Notes under the pieces: generated by a model | Told to the model about the DNA's origin: nothing | The model's input: the letters and a program-made list of their open reading frames with translations, nothing else | Databases searched by the model: none | Part shown: positions 47,753 through 57,464 of the stretch, piece after piece | Position numbering within the stretch: position 1 is the stretch's first letter | Layout: every line of letters starts with the position of its first letter | Program-made: the position numbers and the translations under genes | Assembly: GCA_044225555.1 (NCBI GenBank) | Contig: JBGAIM010000006.1 | Location: 200,018 to 264,017, forward strand | Length of the DNA: 64,000 nucleotides | DNA from: Limisphaerales bacterium | GTDB taxonomy: Bacteria; Verrucomicrobiota; Verrucomicrobiia; Limisphaerales; JADLHS01 | Reading direction: 5' to 3'

Positions 47753-48577
47753 ATGAACCTAAATCCTTCTCAACCCAGCAAACAAGGCGCGTTCACCTTG
47801 ATTGAACTACTGGTCGTCATCGCTATCATCGCCATTCTGGCGGCGCTGTTGTTGCCGGCGCTAACCCGGGCAAAGCTCAAAGCCACACAGGCGGCTTGCC
47901 TGAGTAACCAGAAGCAAATGTCGATCGCGTTCAATTCCTATCCAATGGATAACGATGATAATATTGTGCCCTACGCCAATGGCGGCGGTTTCTGGACCGA
48001 CCCAGGCGGGTGGACCGGTGGTACGGTGGATCAAGGGTTTAGCGCCATTCAGGGCATTCTCAAAACAAACAATCCGCTTTATCAATATGCGCCCAATGTT
48101 GGTGTGTTTCATTGTCCCGGAGACGTCCGGTTCAAAAAATCAGCCTTTTCCCAAGGCTGGGCGTACGACAGTTACTCAAAGACACAGAATGTGGGGGGCG
48201 AGGCCTACGACAACTATTGGGGCGCGGGCGCGACCTTTAAGAAGGCCTCCACGGTGCAAAATCCGTCACAGACATTCGCCTTCATGGAGGATGCAGACGA
48301 ACGGAATCGAAACGTTGGGACCTGGGTGGTGCGGTGGGCAGTTGGCGGCAACACTTTTACCTGGGTTGACCCGCCGGCGATGTATCACGGCAACATCAGC
48401 ACCTGTGGTTTCGTGGATGGTCATGCGGAAGCGCACAAGTGGAAGAGCCCCGTCGTTATTGCGGCGGGACGCCGTGCTGCGGATGGCCAAAACCCCAACC
48501 TGAGCTCGCCGAGTTCCACAACCAAACCGGATAGCGAGTATGTCCGCGACAATTACCGGTTTCCTGGTTGGAAGTAG
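47753..48577 (+). CDS. Prepilin-type N-terminal cleavage/methylation domain protein, H-X9-DG family
   Basis: [33 protein letters not shown] and [13 protein letters not shown]. Paralog of 39071..39937. Confidence 0.8.
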   Translation: MNLNPSQPSKQGAFTLIELLVVIAIIAILAALLLPALTRAKLKATQAACLSNQKQMSIAFNSYPMDNDDNIVPYANGGGFWTDPGGWTGGTVDQGFSAIQGILKTNNPLYQYAPNVGVFHCPGDVRFKKSAFSQGWAYDSYSKTQNVGGEAYDNYWGAGATFKKASTVQNPSQTFAFMEDADERNRNVGTWVVRWAVGGNTFTWVDPPAMYHGNISTCGFVDGHAEAHKWKSPVVIAAGRRAADGQNPNLSSPSSTTKPDSEYVRDNYRFPGWK

Positions 48578-48932
48578 CGGGTTGCACCGCTCGTCGCGCC
48601 TAAATGATTGTCTGTTGATTTTCAACCGAATTCCGCCAGGCCGATTCGGTAAGGATGGTGACATTGTCAAAGCGCAAACGAATCACTGCGTAGATAACCA
48701 GCAAAAAAGCCTGCCATTTGCCATTTGCCACTGTCGGCGAATTTGCCCTCGTGCCCGGTACCCCAGTCCCATCAAATACCGCCCAAAAACAGAACCCTGT
48801 TATTGGGGTAAGATGTTCATGCAACATGCAACTGATTCAGGTAACATTCCATTTAACTCTGCGGTGCTTGATATCCTTTTGCGAGTGCTGGATGTCGCGG
48901 ATATCACCGTGATTCAGATTTGCAGGTTAAAG

Positions 48933-49008
<76 letters not shown>

Positions 49009-49118
49009 AGGTAGTCGAAGGAGGCATATTCAACTTCTTCGAGCGACAGTTGGCAAGAATTTGCTGCGGCTTTTTTCGTGACACCGGGGTGCCGTTCCCT
49101 ACAATGCCCGCCCTCGAC

Positions 49119-49193
49119 GACCCTATGGTCTAGCGGTTAGGACACCTCCCTTTCACGGAGGTAGCCCGGGTTCGAGTCCCGGTAGGGTCGCCA
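49119..49193 (+). tRNA. tRNA-Glu (UUC), CCA encoded
   Basis: GACCCTATGGTCTAGCGGTTAGGACACCTCCCTTTCACGGAGGTAGCCCGGGTTCGAGTCCCGGTAGGGTCGCCA. Acceptor GACCCTA/TAGGGTC, anticodon stem CCTCC/GGAGG with loop CTTTCAC. Confidence 0.9.
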
Positions 49194-49214
49194 CTTATTA
49201 CGCGAATCAACGCG

Positions 49215-50537
49215 TTGCTCCAGCGTCGGATGTTTATGTCGCCCGCCATGCCAGGCCTGCTGCAAATCGCCCTGTTGTTGGCGGTGGCGGTTACCAGACT
49301 CAACGCCGCCATCATCGGCACTAATTCGCCCGCGTTGCCATTGACGGCGGAGCGGATTGCGGCTTTGCCCAAGCTGGAGCAAACGGAGTGGCTGGACTAT
49401 CTGGCCAGGTCGGAACAACAGGCGCGCGCGGACCGGGAGTTCTTTTGGAATGAAATGCGCCGCCTTGGGGTCATCGAGACCGCGTCGCCGCCGGTTGGGC
49501 GTGGCACGCGAGGACTGGCATTGGATCGTTCGAACGATTGGTATGCGTCGGCGGAGGCGTTACGGATTGCCGAGAACGTCGTGTCGTTTCAAACGCCGGC
49601 TGGTGGCTGGAGCAAGAATCTCGACCTGACGCAACATTCCCGAAGGCCGGGAGAACGGTTCGCCCAGGGGAACTTGTCGCGGTTTGCCAGCGCCACCGAT
49701 CTCGATCTGCCGCCCGATCCGAACTGGAATTACGTTGGCACGTTCGACAACGGCGCGACGACAACGCAACTGCGGTTTCTGGCGAAGGTGGCGGCAGCGC
49801 GCAACCCGGAACAGGGCGCGGCTTTCCGGAAGTCGTTCGCTCGCGGCATGGATTACGTCTTCGCGGCGCAATATCCGAACGGTGGGTGGCCGCAGGTGTG
49901 GCCTTTGCAAGGGGGCTATCATGACGCGGTGACGTTCAATGACAGCGCGATGACGGCCACGCTTGACCTGTTGTCAGACGTCGCTGCGGCGAAGCACGAT
50001 TTTGCTTTCGTGTCGCCCGCCGTTCGCGATCAGGCGGCGGTGAGTTTGAAACGCGGGCTGGCTTGTGTGCTGGCCACGCAGGTCCGCGTGGGGGGGAGAC
50101 CCACCGCCTGGTGTCAACAGTACGACATGTTGACGTTGCGCCCGACTTCCGCGCGCAATTACGAGATGCCGTCCTTGAGTTCCGGCGAAAGTGCCGGGGT
50201 CATGTTGTTCCTGATGCGCTGGCCGACGCCGGATTCAAATGTCGTTGCCGCAGTCCGAGCCGCGGCCGCGTGGTTCAGAAGCACGGAGATTCGGGACCAG
50301 GAATTTCGCCGGACCGATGATGGTCGCCAGCTGGTGGCCGCCCTGGGCACAGGTCCGATCTGGTCTCGCTACTACGAATGGGGAGTTAATCGTCCGATCT
50401 TTGGTGATCGCGATAAGAGTATCCACGACACGGTGAAGGAAATTTCCCGCGAACGACGCGATGGTTATGCGTGGTTCTCCGATGCGCCCGAGGCGGCCTT
50501 GAAACGGTTCTCGCGTTGGAATGAGATGAATCGTTGA
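49215..50537 (+). CDS. Pectate lyase, PL10 (PelA/Pel-15E) family
   Basis: NVVSFQTPAGGWSKN, TFDNGATTTQLRFLA, AQYPNGGWPQVWPLQGGYHDAVTFNDSAMT and WCQQYD match my recollection of the PL10 family. The start codon is uncertain. Confidence 0.75.
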   Translation: MLQRRMFMSPAMPGLLQIALLLAVAVTRLNAAIIGTNSPALPLTAERIAALPKLEQTEWLDYLARSEQQARADREFFWNEMRRLGVIETASPPVGRGTRGLALDRSNDWYASAEALRIAENVVSFQTPAGGWSKNLDLTQHSRRPGERFAQGNLSRFASATDLDLPPDPNWNYVGTFDNGATTTQLRFLAKVAAARNPEQGAAFRKSFARGMDYVFAAQYPNGGWPQVWPLQGGYHDAVTFNDSAMTATLDLLSDVAAAKHDFAFVSPAVRDQAAVSLKRGLACVLATQVRVGGRPTAWCQQYDMLTLRPTSARNYEMPSLSSGESAGVMLFLMRWPTPDSNVVAAVRAAAAWFRSTEIRDQEFRRTDDGRQLVAALGTGPIWSRYYEWGVNRPIFGDRDKSIHDTVKEISRERRDGYAWFSDAPEAALKRFSRWNEMNR

Positions 50538-50547
50538 CGCTGACAGA

Positions 50548-51660
50548 TTACTTCGTGTTGGCCCAAGCCAGTCCATCGGCGATGGGGCCGGCATCAATCA
50601 GTTTTTTTACCTTCCACTCCTTGGTGTCAATCACGGCGATTTGTTTGCTGGCGTCGCACGAAACGTAGGCTTCCGTGCCGTCGGGTCGCACGAGCGTTTC
50701 CTGGGGGGCGCGCGGGACATCGAGCGTGTGGGCCACTTCCATCTTGGCGAGATCAATCACCGCGACTTTGTTGACACTGCTGACCGCGAGGACCAGCCAG
50801 CGGCCGTCTGGGGTGGGGGCGCTGCCGTAACCAAGCCCGGGCAGGGGAATCCACCGGCTGACAGCGTTTGTCTTTGTGTCAATGACCGCAAGCTGTGGCT
50901 TGGTCTGGTCAGAGGTGAAAACCCAGCGGTCGTCCACGGAAAGGGAAATCCGCTGCGTGGTCTTGGAGACGGGTATCACGGCCAGGACTTTCTTTTCCTC
51001 CAAATCGAGAACCGAAACGGTGCCCGGGCCGACGTTCGCCGTGTAGCCGCGTCGACCATCGCGGGTGATGGCCAGCATGTGTGATTCGGCCTGGCCGGTG
51101 GGAATGGTGGCAACAATCTTCAGAGCGGTCGGATCAATCACGGTCACGGAGTTTTCCAGTTCGGTGGTGACATACAGCAATCCATTTTTGGGTCCGACGA
51201 CGACACAGTGCGGGCGCACACCTTTGCCAAAATCCAGCGTGCCGGTGATCTTGCGTTCCGCGATATTAATGACCCGCAACAGCTGGCCATCGGTGCCGGG
51301 CTTGCCGACGCCGGAGTTACCAAAGATCGGTACAAACGCAAACTTACCGTCTGGTGACGCAGCCACTTCATGGCCAGTCACGCCTTCCTCCGGCACGGTG
51401 GCGATCATTCGCCCGGCGACAGGATCAATCAGTCCCAAGGTTTGATCACCCTTGTTGGCTACGAGCAGGAGTCCCGAAGTCGCCGGATGGGCGGTCAGAC
51501 AGGTGGCAACGATCAAACCAGACCAAACAAATCGCCTGATGGCTGCCAGAAATGACTGGCGTTTTGTTGGTGCCGAATCAGGTTGGTTTGAGAGCGAACG
51601 GGCGCGCGTGGTGGATTGGATTGGATTCACGCGCGGACAATTGTGCAAGGAAGCCCGCAA
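50548..51660 (-). CDS. YVTN-repeat beta-propeller protein (YncE-like), secreted
   Basis: Repeated ~40-aa units: LLVANKGDQTLGLID, GHEVAASPDGKFAFV, LYVTTELENSVTVID, RGYTANVGPGTVSVLD, WLVLAVSSVNKVAVID, EAYVSCDASKQIAVID. TTG start uncertain. Confidence 0.7.
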   Translation of the reverse strand: MRASLHNCPRVNPIQSTTRARSLSNQPDSAPTKRQSFLAAIRRFVWSGLIVATCLTAHPATSGLLLVANKGDQTLGLIDPVAGRMIATVPEEGVTGHEVAASPDGKFAFVPIFGNSGVGKPGTDGQLLRVINIAERKITGTLDFGKGVRPHCVVVGPKNGLLYVTTELENSVTVIDPTALKIVATIPTGQAESHMLAITRDGRRGYTANVGPGTVSVLDLEEKKVLAVIPVSKTTQRISLSVDDRWVFTSDQTKPQLAVIDTKTNAVSRWIPLPGLGYGSAPTPDGRWLVLAVSSVNKVAVIDLAKMEVAHTLDVPRAPQETLVRPDGTEAYVSCDASKQIAVIDTKEWKVKKLIDAGPIADGLAWANTK

Positions 51661-51976
51661 GTCAACTCCCGAAGGTTGGCGTCAAACGAAACCCACCCGA
51701 TCATCTCAGTCGGGACAACCGTGAGCGAACGACTACTGAAGTCTGGCGGCGGTCATCCAGGTGTGTGCGCCGGTGAAAAATCCCGAATCCGGCTTGGTGC
51801 GGGAGATTCGCCATCGCAGCCAGCGACGTCTAGCCCGCTGGCGGAACATCCGGCGCGCTTTGCGTGAACTGGAGAGGATTTGCTCCAACTCCAGCCACTC
51901 GGCAAGCGAGAGAGTCATGGCAAAGCAACCTCGGGACAGTTTCTCAAAGCGGGTCCGATTTTTCATGATGTGGGTT

Positions 51977-52603
51977 TCATTTGGGAGTTGCCGCCGGCCG
52001 GTGGTATTCGAGTTGTCCAAACAAAGCGGTGGAAATGCCGGTTGTCCACGACGCCAGACGGGCGAACAAATTTCTCCCGGCTGGCCCGGCACTTGACGCT
52101 GGTCCGGCGCCGGGCCGGGACTTGACCTCGGCGAGTTCCGCCAGGCAAACGGGTGATGCCAGCGCGCGATGGATCTCCCCGGCGAGATTTTGGGGAGCGT
52201 AGGCTTTCAACAAGAAGGCGGAAGCCCCATCCCGTCTCGATTGAGCGTCGTACAAAGGGTCAAAGAAGGAAGTCACGATCAGCACCCGCACCTCCGGCGC
52301 AAGCGCCCGAATGGGTCGCAGTGCATCCACACCGGTCATGCCGCCCATCTCGACGTCGAGCAGGATTACGTCCGGTGCCGATTCGCGGGCCAGACCCTCG
52401 AGCAACGACTCCGCCGAGTTGAATTGCAGTTCACAATCGAAATTTCCGACGCGGGCAAGGAGTTCGGCAAGCGAATTGCGAAAGAAGGCGTTGTCATCCG
52501 TCAGCCACACACGGATGCGTGATGACCTCGGAGTGCTGGTGGCTTGAAACATTGGAACGCGTTCCGCACTGGAGCTGGTGTCTTTTTCAGTGACTGCGAT
52601 CAT
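51977..52603 (-). CDS. Response regulator receiver protein with a non-HTH, low-complexity C-terminal tail
   Basis: REC signature: VWLTDDN...VILLDVEMGGMTGVDA...VLIVTSF...GASAFLLK. No recognisable output domain in any frame downstream. Confidence 0.7.
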   Translation of the reverse strand: MIAVTEKDTSSSAERVPMFQATSTPRSSRIRVWLTDDNAFFRNSLAELLARVGNFDCELQFNSAESLLEGLARESAPDVILLDVEMGGMTGVDALRPIRALAPEVRVLIVTSFFDPLYDAQSRRDGASAFLLKAYAPQNLAGEIHRALASPVCLAELAEVKSRPGAGPASSAGPAGRNLFARLASWTTGISTALFGQLEYHRPAATPK

Positions 52604-52791
52604 ATTCTAATCCTTGTGTTTAGGCCTGTTGCAATGAGCATGCCACCAGTTGCTCTTGTGGAGTCAGGGACGCGACCGATAAGAATCGCCTGCAATTACA
52701 GTTGAATTCAACGCGGCCAGATTTGGAGTGTGGTGCGGATGATGTTGCGTTTTATCCCGCCTGAAAGAATTCGCCCAACACCAAGCGGTGA

Positions 52792-53142
52792 TCACTCCAG
52801 CAATCGGTTTTCATGACCGCTTACATTGCATGTGCACTTTTCATGGACGGCGTTGATCGTGTAGTTGCCGTGCGCCGGGCAGTTGGGCTTGTGTTCGATG
52901 TAGCGGTCAGTTCCGAATAGGTCGTTGTCGGTGGGCGCGGCGGTCTCCGGTTGCTGAGTGTCCACGGCCCAGCGGAGTTTGGCGCCGTCAATGTTCTTGC
53001 GGTTGGCGCTGCACACCGTTTGACGGGATTTCTTTATGGCGTCGGCCATGTTCGGGATGGCGATGCCGGCGATCAGCCCGATGATGGCCACCACCACCAT
53101 GATTTCGATGAGGGTGAATCCGGCGCGAGTGTTTGTTTTCAT
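52792..53142 (-). CDS. Small prepilin-type N-terminal cleavage/methylation domain protein (pseudopilin-like)
   Basis: The ATG at 53142 gives MKTNTRAGFTLIEIMVVVAIIGLIAGIAIPN. This is followed by CSANRKNIDGAKLRWA and Cys pairs (CPAHGNY...CTCN), typical of small PVC pseudopilins. Confidence 0.75.
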   Translation of the reverse strand: MKTNTRAGFTLIEIMVVVAIIGLIAGIAIPNMADAIKKSRQTVCSANRKNIDGAKLRWAVDTQQPETAAPTDNDLFGTDRYIEHKPNCPAHGNYTINAVHEKCTCNVSGHENRLLE

Positions 53143-53344
53143 AGTACGGTCTTGGTTTGCTTTGTTATTGGTTGACCGCTGGATGAACGTGTCACACGTC
53201 ACCTGCGGCAACACTGAATGATTGAACGGCGCGACCGCGGGAAAGTTTCGGTGGCGAAATCGTAAGCACGGCTGTTGAGTCCGGGGCAAATCGCGCGGTA
53301 ATGAAACTTGCGTCGCACCGGCTCGGGCGCGTAAAAGACCTTCC

Positions 53345-54793
53345 ATGACCTGGCTGGATCATGTCACCGAGTTTTGGCCGCATATCGCTGGTGGGTTCAG
53401 CGTGCTGGCGTCGGCGCTGGCTTCAATCCATGCCTTGCTCAACAAGCGCGATCATCGGGCGGCGGCGTTGTGGTTGGGATTTATCTGGCTGCTTCCTGTG
53501 GCTGGCCCGGTGCTTTACATCGCATTGGGGGTGAATCGAATTCGCCGGCATGCGCAGTCGTTACGCGTGGAGCGGGGGCCGAGTGATTCGTCGCTGCGGC
53601 CAATTCCCGAGGACATGGGCGAGCCGCAGCGACTCGAAGCGGATCATCTGCGTCTGTTGGCTCATGTCGTGGATCGGGTGGCCGGGCGGTCGCTCCTGGC
53701 TGGCAATTCTCTTCAAGCTTTGATCAACGGCGACCAGGCCTTTCCCGCAATGCTGGCCGCCATCGAATCAGCCAAGACTTCAATTTCGCTGGCATCGTAC
53801 ATTTTTGACAACGACCGCAGCGGGCACCAGTTCGTTGCGGCGCTGGGGCGGGCGGTCACACGAGGTGTCCAGGTGCGGGTGTTGGTGGATGACGCGGGGG
53901 CGCGCTACTCGTTTCCTTCCATCGTTGGGAAACTCAAGCACGTGCAGGTGCCGGTCTCCCGGTTTCTACCAACGCTTGCCCCGTGGCGGCTAACGACGAT
54001 GAACCTGCACAATCACCGGAAACTTTTGGTGACGGATGGCGGGATAGGATTTACCGGTGGCATCAATATCCGCGCGGGCAATGTGCTCGCGGACAAACCA
54101 CGCCGTCCGGTGCAGGATTTGCATTTCAAACTGGAAGGCCCGGTGGTGGCGCAATTACAGGAAGCTTTCGCGAATGATTGGGAGTTTTGTACCGGCGAGG
54201 TCCTGGCCGGAGAAGCCTGGTTTCCCGCGCTGTCGGATCGGGGCAAAGCCATCGCGCGGGTCATCACCGACGGACCGGACGCAGATTATGACAAGGCGCG
54301 GTGGACGTTGCTCGGCGCGTTGTCCTGCGCGCAATCTTCCGTGCGGATTTTGACTCCCTACTTTCTGCCGGACCCGTCATTGATCACCGCGCTGAATCTC
54401 GCCGCCTTGCGCGGAGTGCAGGTGGACATCATTTTGCCTGCCAGGAACAATCTGCCGTTCATGCACTGGGCTTCCCGTGCGATGTGGTGGCAAGTGCTGG
54501 AGCGTGGATGCCGCCTCTGGCTGACGCCGCCGCCATTTGACCATTCCAAGCTGATGATTGTGGATCACCATTGGGTGTTCCTTGGCTCGGCCAATTGGGA
54601 TCCGCGCAGTTTGCGCCTGAACTTTGAACTCAACGTGGAGTGTTACGGGCGCGAATTTGCCGGAGAGATGGAGCGGATCATCCAGAATAAACTGCAGGAG
54701 GCAAAGCCGGTTACGCTCGGAGAGGTTGATCGGCGATCCGGGTTGATCAAGCTGCGCGACGGGGTGGCGCGATTATTCACACCGTACCTGTAA
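53345..54793 (+). CDS. cls: Cardiolipin synthase (PLD superfamily, two HKD motifs)
   Basis: Two N-terminal TM helices. HKD motifs HNHRKLLVTDGGIGFTGGINI and HSKLMIVDHHWVFLGSANWDPRS. Confidence 0.9.
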   Translation: MTWLDHVTEFWPHIAGGFSVLASALASIHALLNKRDHRAAALWLGFIWLLPVAGPVLYIALGVNRIRRHAQSLRVERGPSDSSLRPIPEDMGEPQRLEADHLRLLAHVVDRVAGRSLLAGNSLQALINGDQAFPAMLAAIESAKTSISLASYIFDNDRSGHQFVAALGRAVTRGVQVRVLVDDAGARYSFPSIVGKLKHVQVPVSRFLPTLAPWRLTTMNLHNHRKLLVTDGGIGFTGGINIRAGNVLADKPRRPVQDLHFKLEGPVVAQLQEAFANDWEFCTGEVLAGEAWFPALSDRGKAIARVITDGPDADYDKARWTLLGALSCAQSSVRILTPYFLPDPSLITALNLAALRGVQVDIILPARNNLPFMHWASRAMWWQVLERGCRLWLTPPPFDHSKLMIVDHHWVFLGSANWDPRSLRLNFELNVECYGREFAGEMERIIQNKLQEAKPVTLGEVDRRSGLIKLRDGVARLFTPYL

Positions 54794-54829
54794 TGGTCGC
54801 ATCTCCGGCAACCAACGCTGTACGATTGA

Positions 54830-55537
54830 TCAGCGGTGCTTCCGGCGCATAACCGCGAGGAACGCGGCACCAACCGCAGCCAGGGCGAGGGAACTCGGTT
54901 CAGGAATGGAGTTCGGTGGCAGCACGGCCACACCGTCGAAGAAGCCGTAGCTGGCGCCGTTGTTGTTTCCGCTGGTGGTCATCCCCAAGCGCACGGTGTA
55001 GAGACCGGTGGCGGGGGCCTCCCAGTGCCACTGGGTCCATTCGGTGGCGCCTACCTTGTTCTGATTGCCGGATCCGAGGCCTTCCAACCACGGAGAGGCG
55101 AGTTCGTTTCCGGTTTGATCGAGAATCCGGACCCACGCTGAATCTTGCGGTTCGACGTCGCCGTTGTAGAAGAACGACCAACCCGAAAGTACCTCACCTT
55201 GATTGAGCTGCAGGTTCTGGCTCAGCGATAGATTGTAGGTGTCGTTTCCGACGAAATTCGCGTTGGGCCGCGTTTGCAGGGCGGCGAAACGGTAACCAGC
55301 TTGTGGCAGGCGGGCCTGCGAAAAACCAAAATCCTCCCCCCAAGAGTCCATGGTTCTCGCCCGGCCAGCAGGCCGGGAAAAAGGTTCCTTGGCTGAAATG
55401 CCCTGCGGAATCTCGACCGTCCAGCCGACCAGGTCCCACGATTCAAAGCTGCCGTTGAGAAGTCCGGCGTGGCAGGTCGCGGACATGCCGATTAATCCAA
55501 GCCACGCACTCACGCCGATGGGTAAAAGGGTTTTCAT
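54830..55537 (-). CDS. PEP-CTERM sorting-domain protein with jelly-roll-like (NGSFE) domain
   Basis: The ATG at 55537 gives a signal peptide, then GLLNGSFESWDLVGW. The C-terminus IPEPSSLALAAVGAAFLAVMRRKHR is a PEP-CTERM tail. Confidence 0.75.
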   Translation of the reverse strand: MKTLLPIGVSAWLGLIGMSATCHAGLLNGSFESWDLVGWTVEIPQGISAKEPFSRPAGRARTMDSWGEDFGFSQARLPQAGYRFAALQTRPNANFVGNDTYNLSLSQNLQLNQGEVLSGWSFFYNGDVEPQDSAWVRILDQTGNELASPWLEGLGSGNQNKVGATEWTQWHWEAPATGLYTVRLGMTTSGNNNGASYGFFDGVAVLPPNSIPEPSSLALAAVGAAFLAVMRRKHR

Positions 55538-55839
55538 TTGGCGCGGGAACGTTCCATTGAAAGCACGCAGACCCAACCCGGGGTGAACCCGGGGTTTTTG
55601 CCGAGGGAAGTCCCCGGGTGCCGTCGGGTGAGGCCGCAGCCCTTGCGTCGAAGGGTTGGGCTGCGTACACCGGGGGAAAGCAACGGATCGGTGCGCGTGA
55701 TTTGCCAACCGCTTGCGTTTCAGTCGTCGAGCCAAGGAGTTGGATTGATCGGCAGTGATTCGGGCGTACAAAAAATCTTGTCATTGAAGGTTGCCGTGAC
55801 GGCGGCGGTTCGCTAACCTGCTGCCACTGAATTCCTCAA

Positions 55840-56952
55840 GTGAGTTGTGGCCAGTCGGTTTCTGTTAGTTACCTCGGCGGAAATGCAATGTTGTTGAATA
55901 TGACGAATGATACCAGTGTTAGCTCGGGCGAAAGCCAGGCCGATATTTCCAGGTGGAAGGAAATAGTGGCGCGCTATCAAAAACCCTCGGCGGGTCGCGC
56001 CGTGTGGCAGCTCGTAAACACGCTCGTGCCTTATGCCGGCCTCTGGTGGCTGATGTATCTGAGCCTGGCTGTGTCCTGGTGGTTGGTTGTGCCGCTGGCG
56101 ATTTTGGCGGGCGGTTTCCTGGTGCGAACTTTCATCATTTTTCACGACTGCGGCCACGGCTCGTTTTTCAAATCGTCCACGGCAAATCATATCTGGGGGG
56201 CCATCACCGGTGTATTGACATTTACGCCTTATTATCACTGGCGTTGGGAACACGCGATCCATCACTCCAGTTCCGGCGATCTCGACCGGCGGGGCACCGG
56301 CGACGTCTGGACGCTTACGGTGCAGGAATACTTGGAGTCCTCCCGCTGGAAACGTTTTGCCTATCGGCTAACGCGCAATCCGCTGGTCCTGTTTGTGATC
56401 GCCCCGCTGGTCTTGTTTGTTTTCTGGCAGCGCATCCCCAATCCCAAGGCCGGTTTGCGCGAGCGGCTTTCCGTCTATTGGACCAACCTCGGGCTACTTT
56501 TATTGATGGGAGGCATGAGCTGGATTTTCGGCTTCAAGGCCTACCTCTTGATCCAGTTGATTGTTGTGGCGGTGGCGGCTTCCACGGGTGTGTGGCTGTT
56601 TTACGTCCAGCATCAGTTTGAGGGTGTGTATTGGGAGCGGAATGAGAACTGGGATTATGCGACTGCCGCCTTGAAAGGCAGTTCGTTCTACAAACTGCCC
56701 AAGGTGCTGCAATGGTTCTCCGGCAACATCGGGTTCCATCATATCCACCACCTCAGCCCGCGGATTCCAAACTACCTCCTGGAGAAGTGTCATGAGGCGG
56801 AACCGCTGTTCCAAACCGTCAAACCGGTTACGTTCTTTGCCAGTTTCAAATCCTTCACCTTCCGCCTCTGGGATGAGCAGCGCCGCCGGCTCGTGGGCTA
56901 CGGCCATCTCCGGACCTTGCGCCGCCAGCGGCGGGAGACGGCTCGGAGTTGA
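55840..56952 (+). CDS. Membrane fatty-acid desaturase
   Basis: Three His boxes (HDCGHGS, HWRWEHAIHHSS, HHIHHLSPRIPNY) with intervening TM helices. The start may be the downstream ATG (MLLNMTND). Confidence 0.9.
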   Translation: MSCGQSVSVSYLGGNAMLLNMTNDTSVSSGESQADISRWKEIVARYQKPSAGRAVWQLVNTLVPYAGLWWLMYLSLAVSWWLVVPLAILAGGFLVRTFIIFHDCGHGSFFKSSTANHIWGAITGVLTFTPYYHWRWEHAIHHSSSGDLDRRGTGDVWTLTVQEYLESSRWKRFAYRLTRNPLVLFVIAPLVLFVFWQRIPNPKAGLRERLSVYWTNLGLLLLMGGMSWIFGFKAYLLIQLIVVAVAASTGVWLFYVQHQFEGVYWERNENWDYATAALKGSSFYKLPKVLQWFSGNIGFHHIHHLSPRIPNYLLEKCHEAEPLFQTVKPVTFFASFKSFTFRLWDEQRRRLVGYGHLRTLRRQRRETARS

Positions 56953-57010
56953 ACCCGACGACGAGTTATTGCCATCCGTTGCTCCTGGACTGACTGGTTG
57001 AAAGAAAATC

Positions 57011-57403
57011 ATGCGACATCAAAAGTTGAGCAACCGCTTGGAATACCGGCAGACGGAAAACCAACGCGTCAAGGATTCGGCAAGTCTGGCGGCGAAATTC
57101 CGGAAGTTGAAGGCGCTCACGGTGGAGCTGGCCTATTTCACCGGCGATCGCGCCAATCGCAGCAGCCAGGTCAAATACAAGGTCAACCTCGACAACGCGC
57201 GGTCGGTGTTTCGCTTCAACTGCCCGAACAACGAGTGCGTCTGCGGTGATTTCGACCTGAGCGATCAGCTTGCCAGCGCGGTGAAAAAGCGCAGTAAAAT
57301 CGTTGAAGGTGAACTCTTCTGCCAGGGCTGGCGCAATCGGGCCACGATTGACACCGTCCGGTGCAATAACGTTTTGCGGTATAAGCTCACGCTGGCTTAC
57401 TAA
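57011..57403 (+). CDS. Hypothetical Cys-containing protein (no family recognised)
   Basis: 130-aa ORF with plausible composition. CPNNECVCGDF...FCQGW...VRCNN suggests a zinc-ribbon-like core. No homolog recalled. Confidence 0.4.
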   Translation: MRHQKLSNRLEYRQTENQRVKDSASLAAKFRKLKALTVELAYFTGDRANRSSQVKYKVNLDNARSVFRFNCPNNECVCGDFDLSDQLASAVKKRSKIVEGELFCQGWRNRATIDTVRCNNVLRYKLTLAY

Positions 57404-57464
57404 AACCAACAGCCACCTCACGCCGGAGCGAGAAGTGGCTGTGGCTTGTAAAATCTATCTTGGG

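Noticed and set aside
48713-48730. GCCATTTGCCATTTGCCA micro-tandem repeat
   Set aside because: It has only about 2.5 copies of a 7-mer. It is too short to call a repeat feature and is mentioned only as context for the tRNA spacer.
51733-52092. 119-aa minus-strand ORF overlapping the 3' end of the response regulator gene, considered as a frameshifted LuxR-type output domain
   Set aside because: No HTH/LuxR signature (no LSxRExEVL...KEIA pattern) appears in this or the third frame, so I cannot support a frameshifted output domain.
52701-52712. GTTGAATTCAAC palindrome between the pseudopilin and response regulator genes
   Set aside because: It is a short 12-bp single occurrence with no supporting context.
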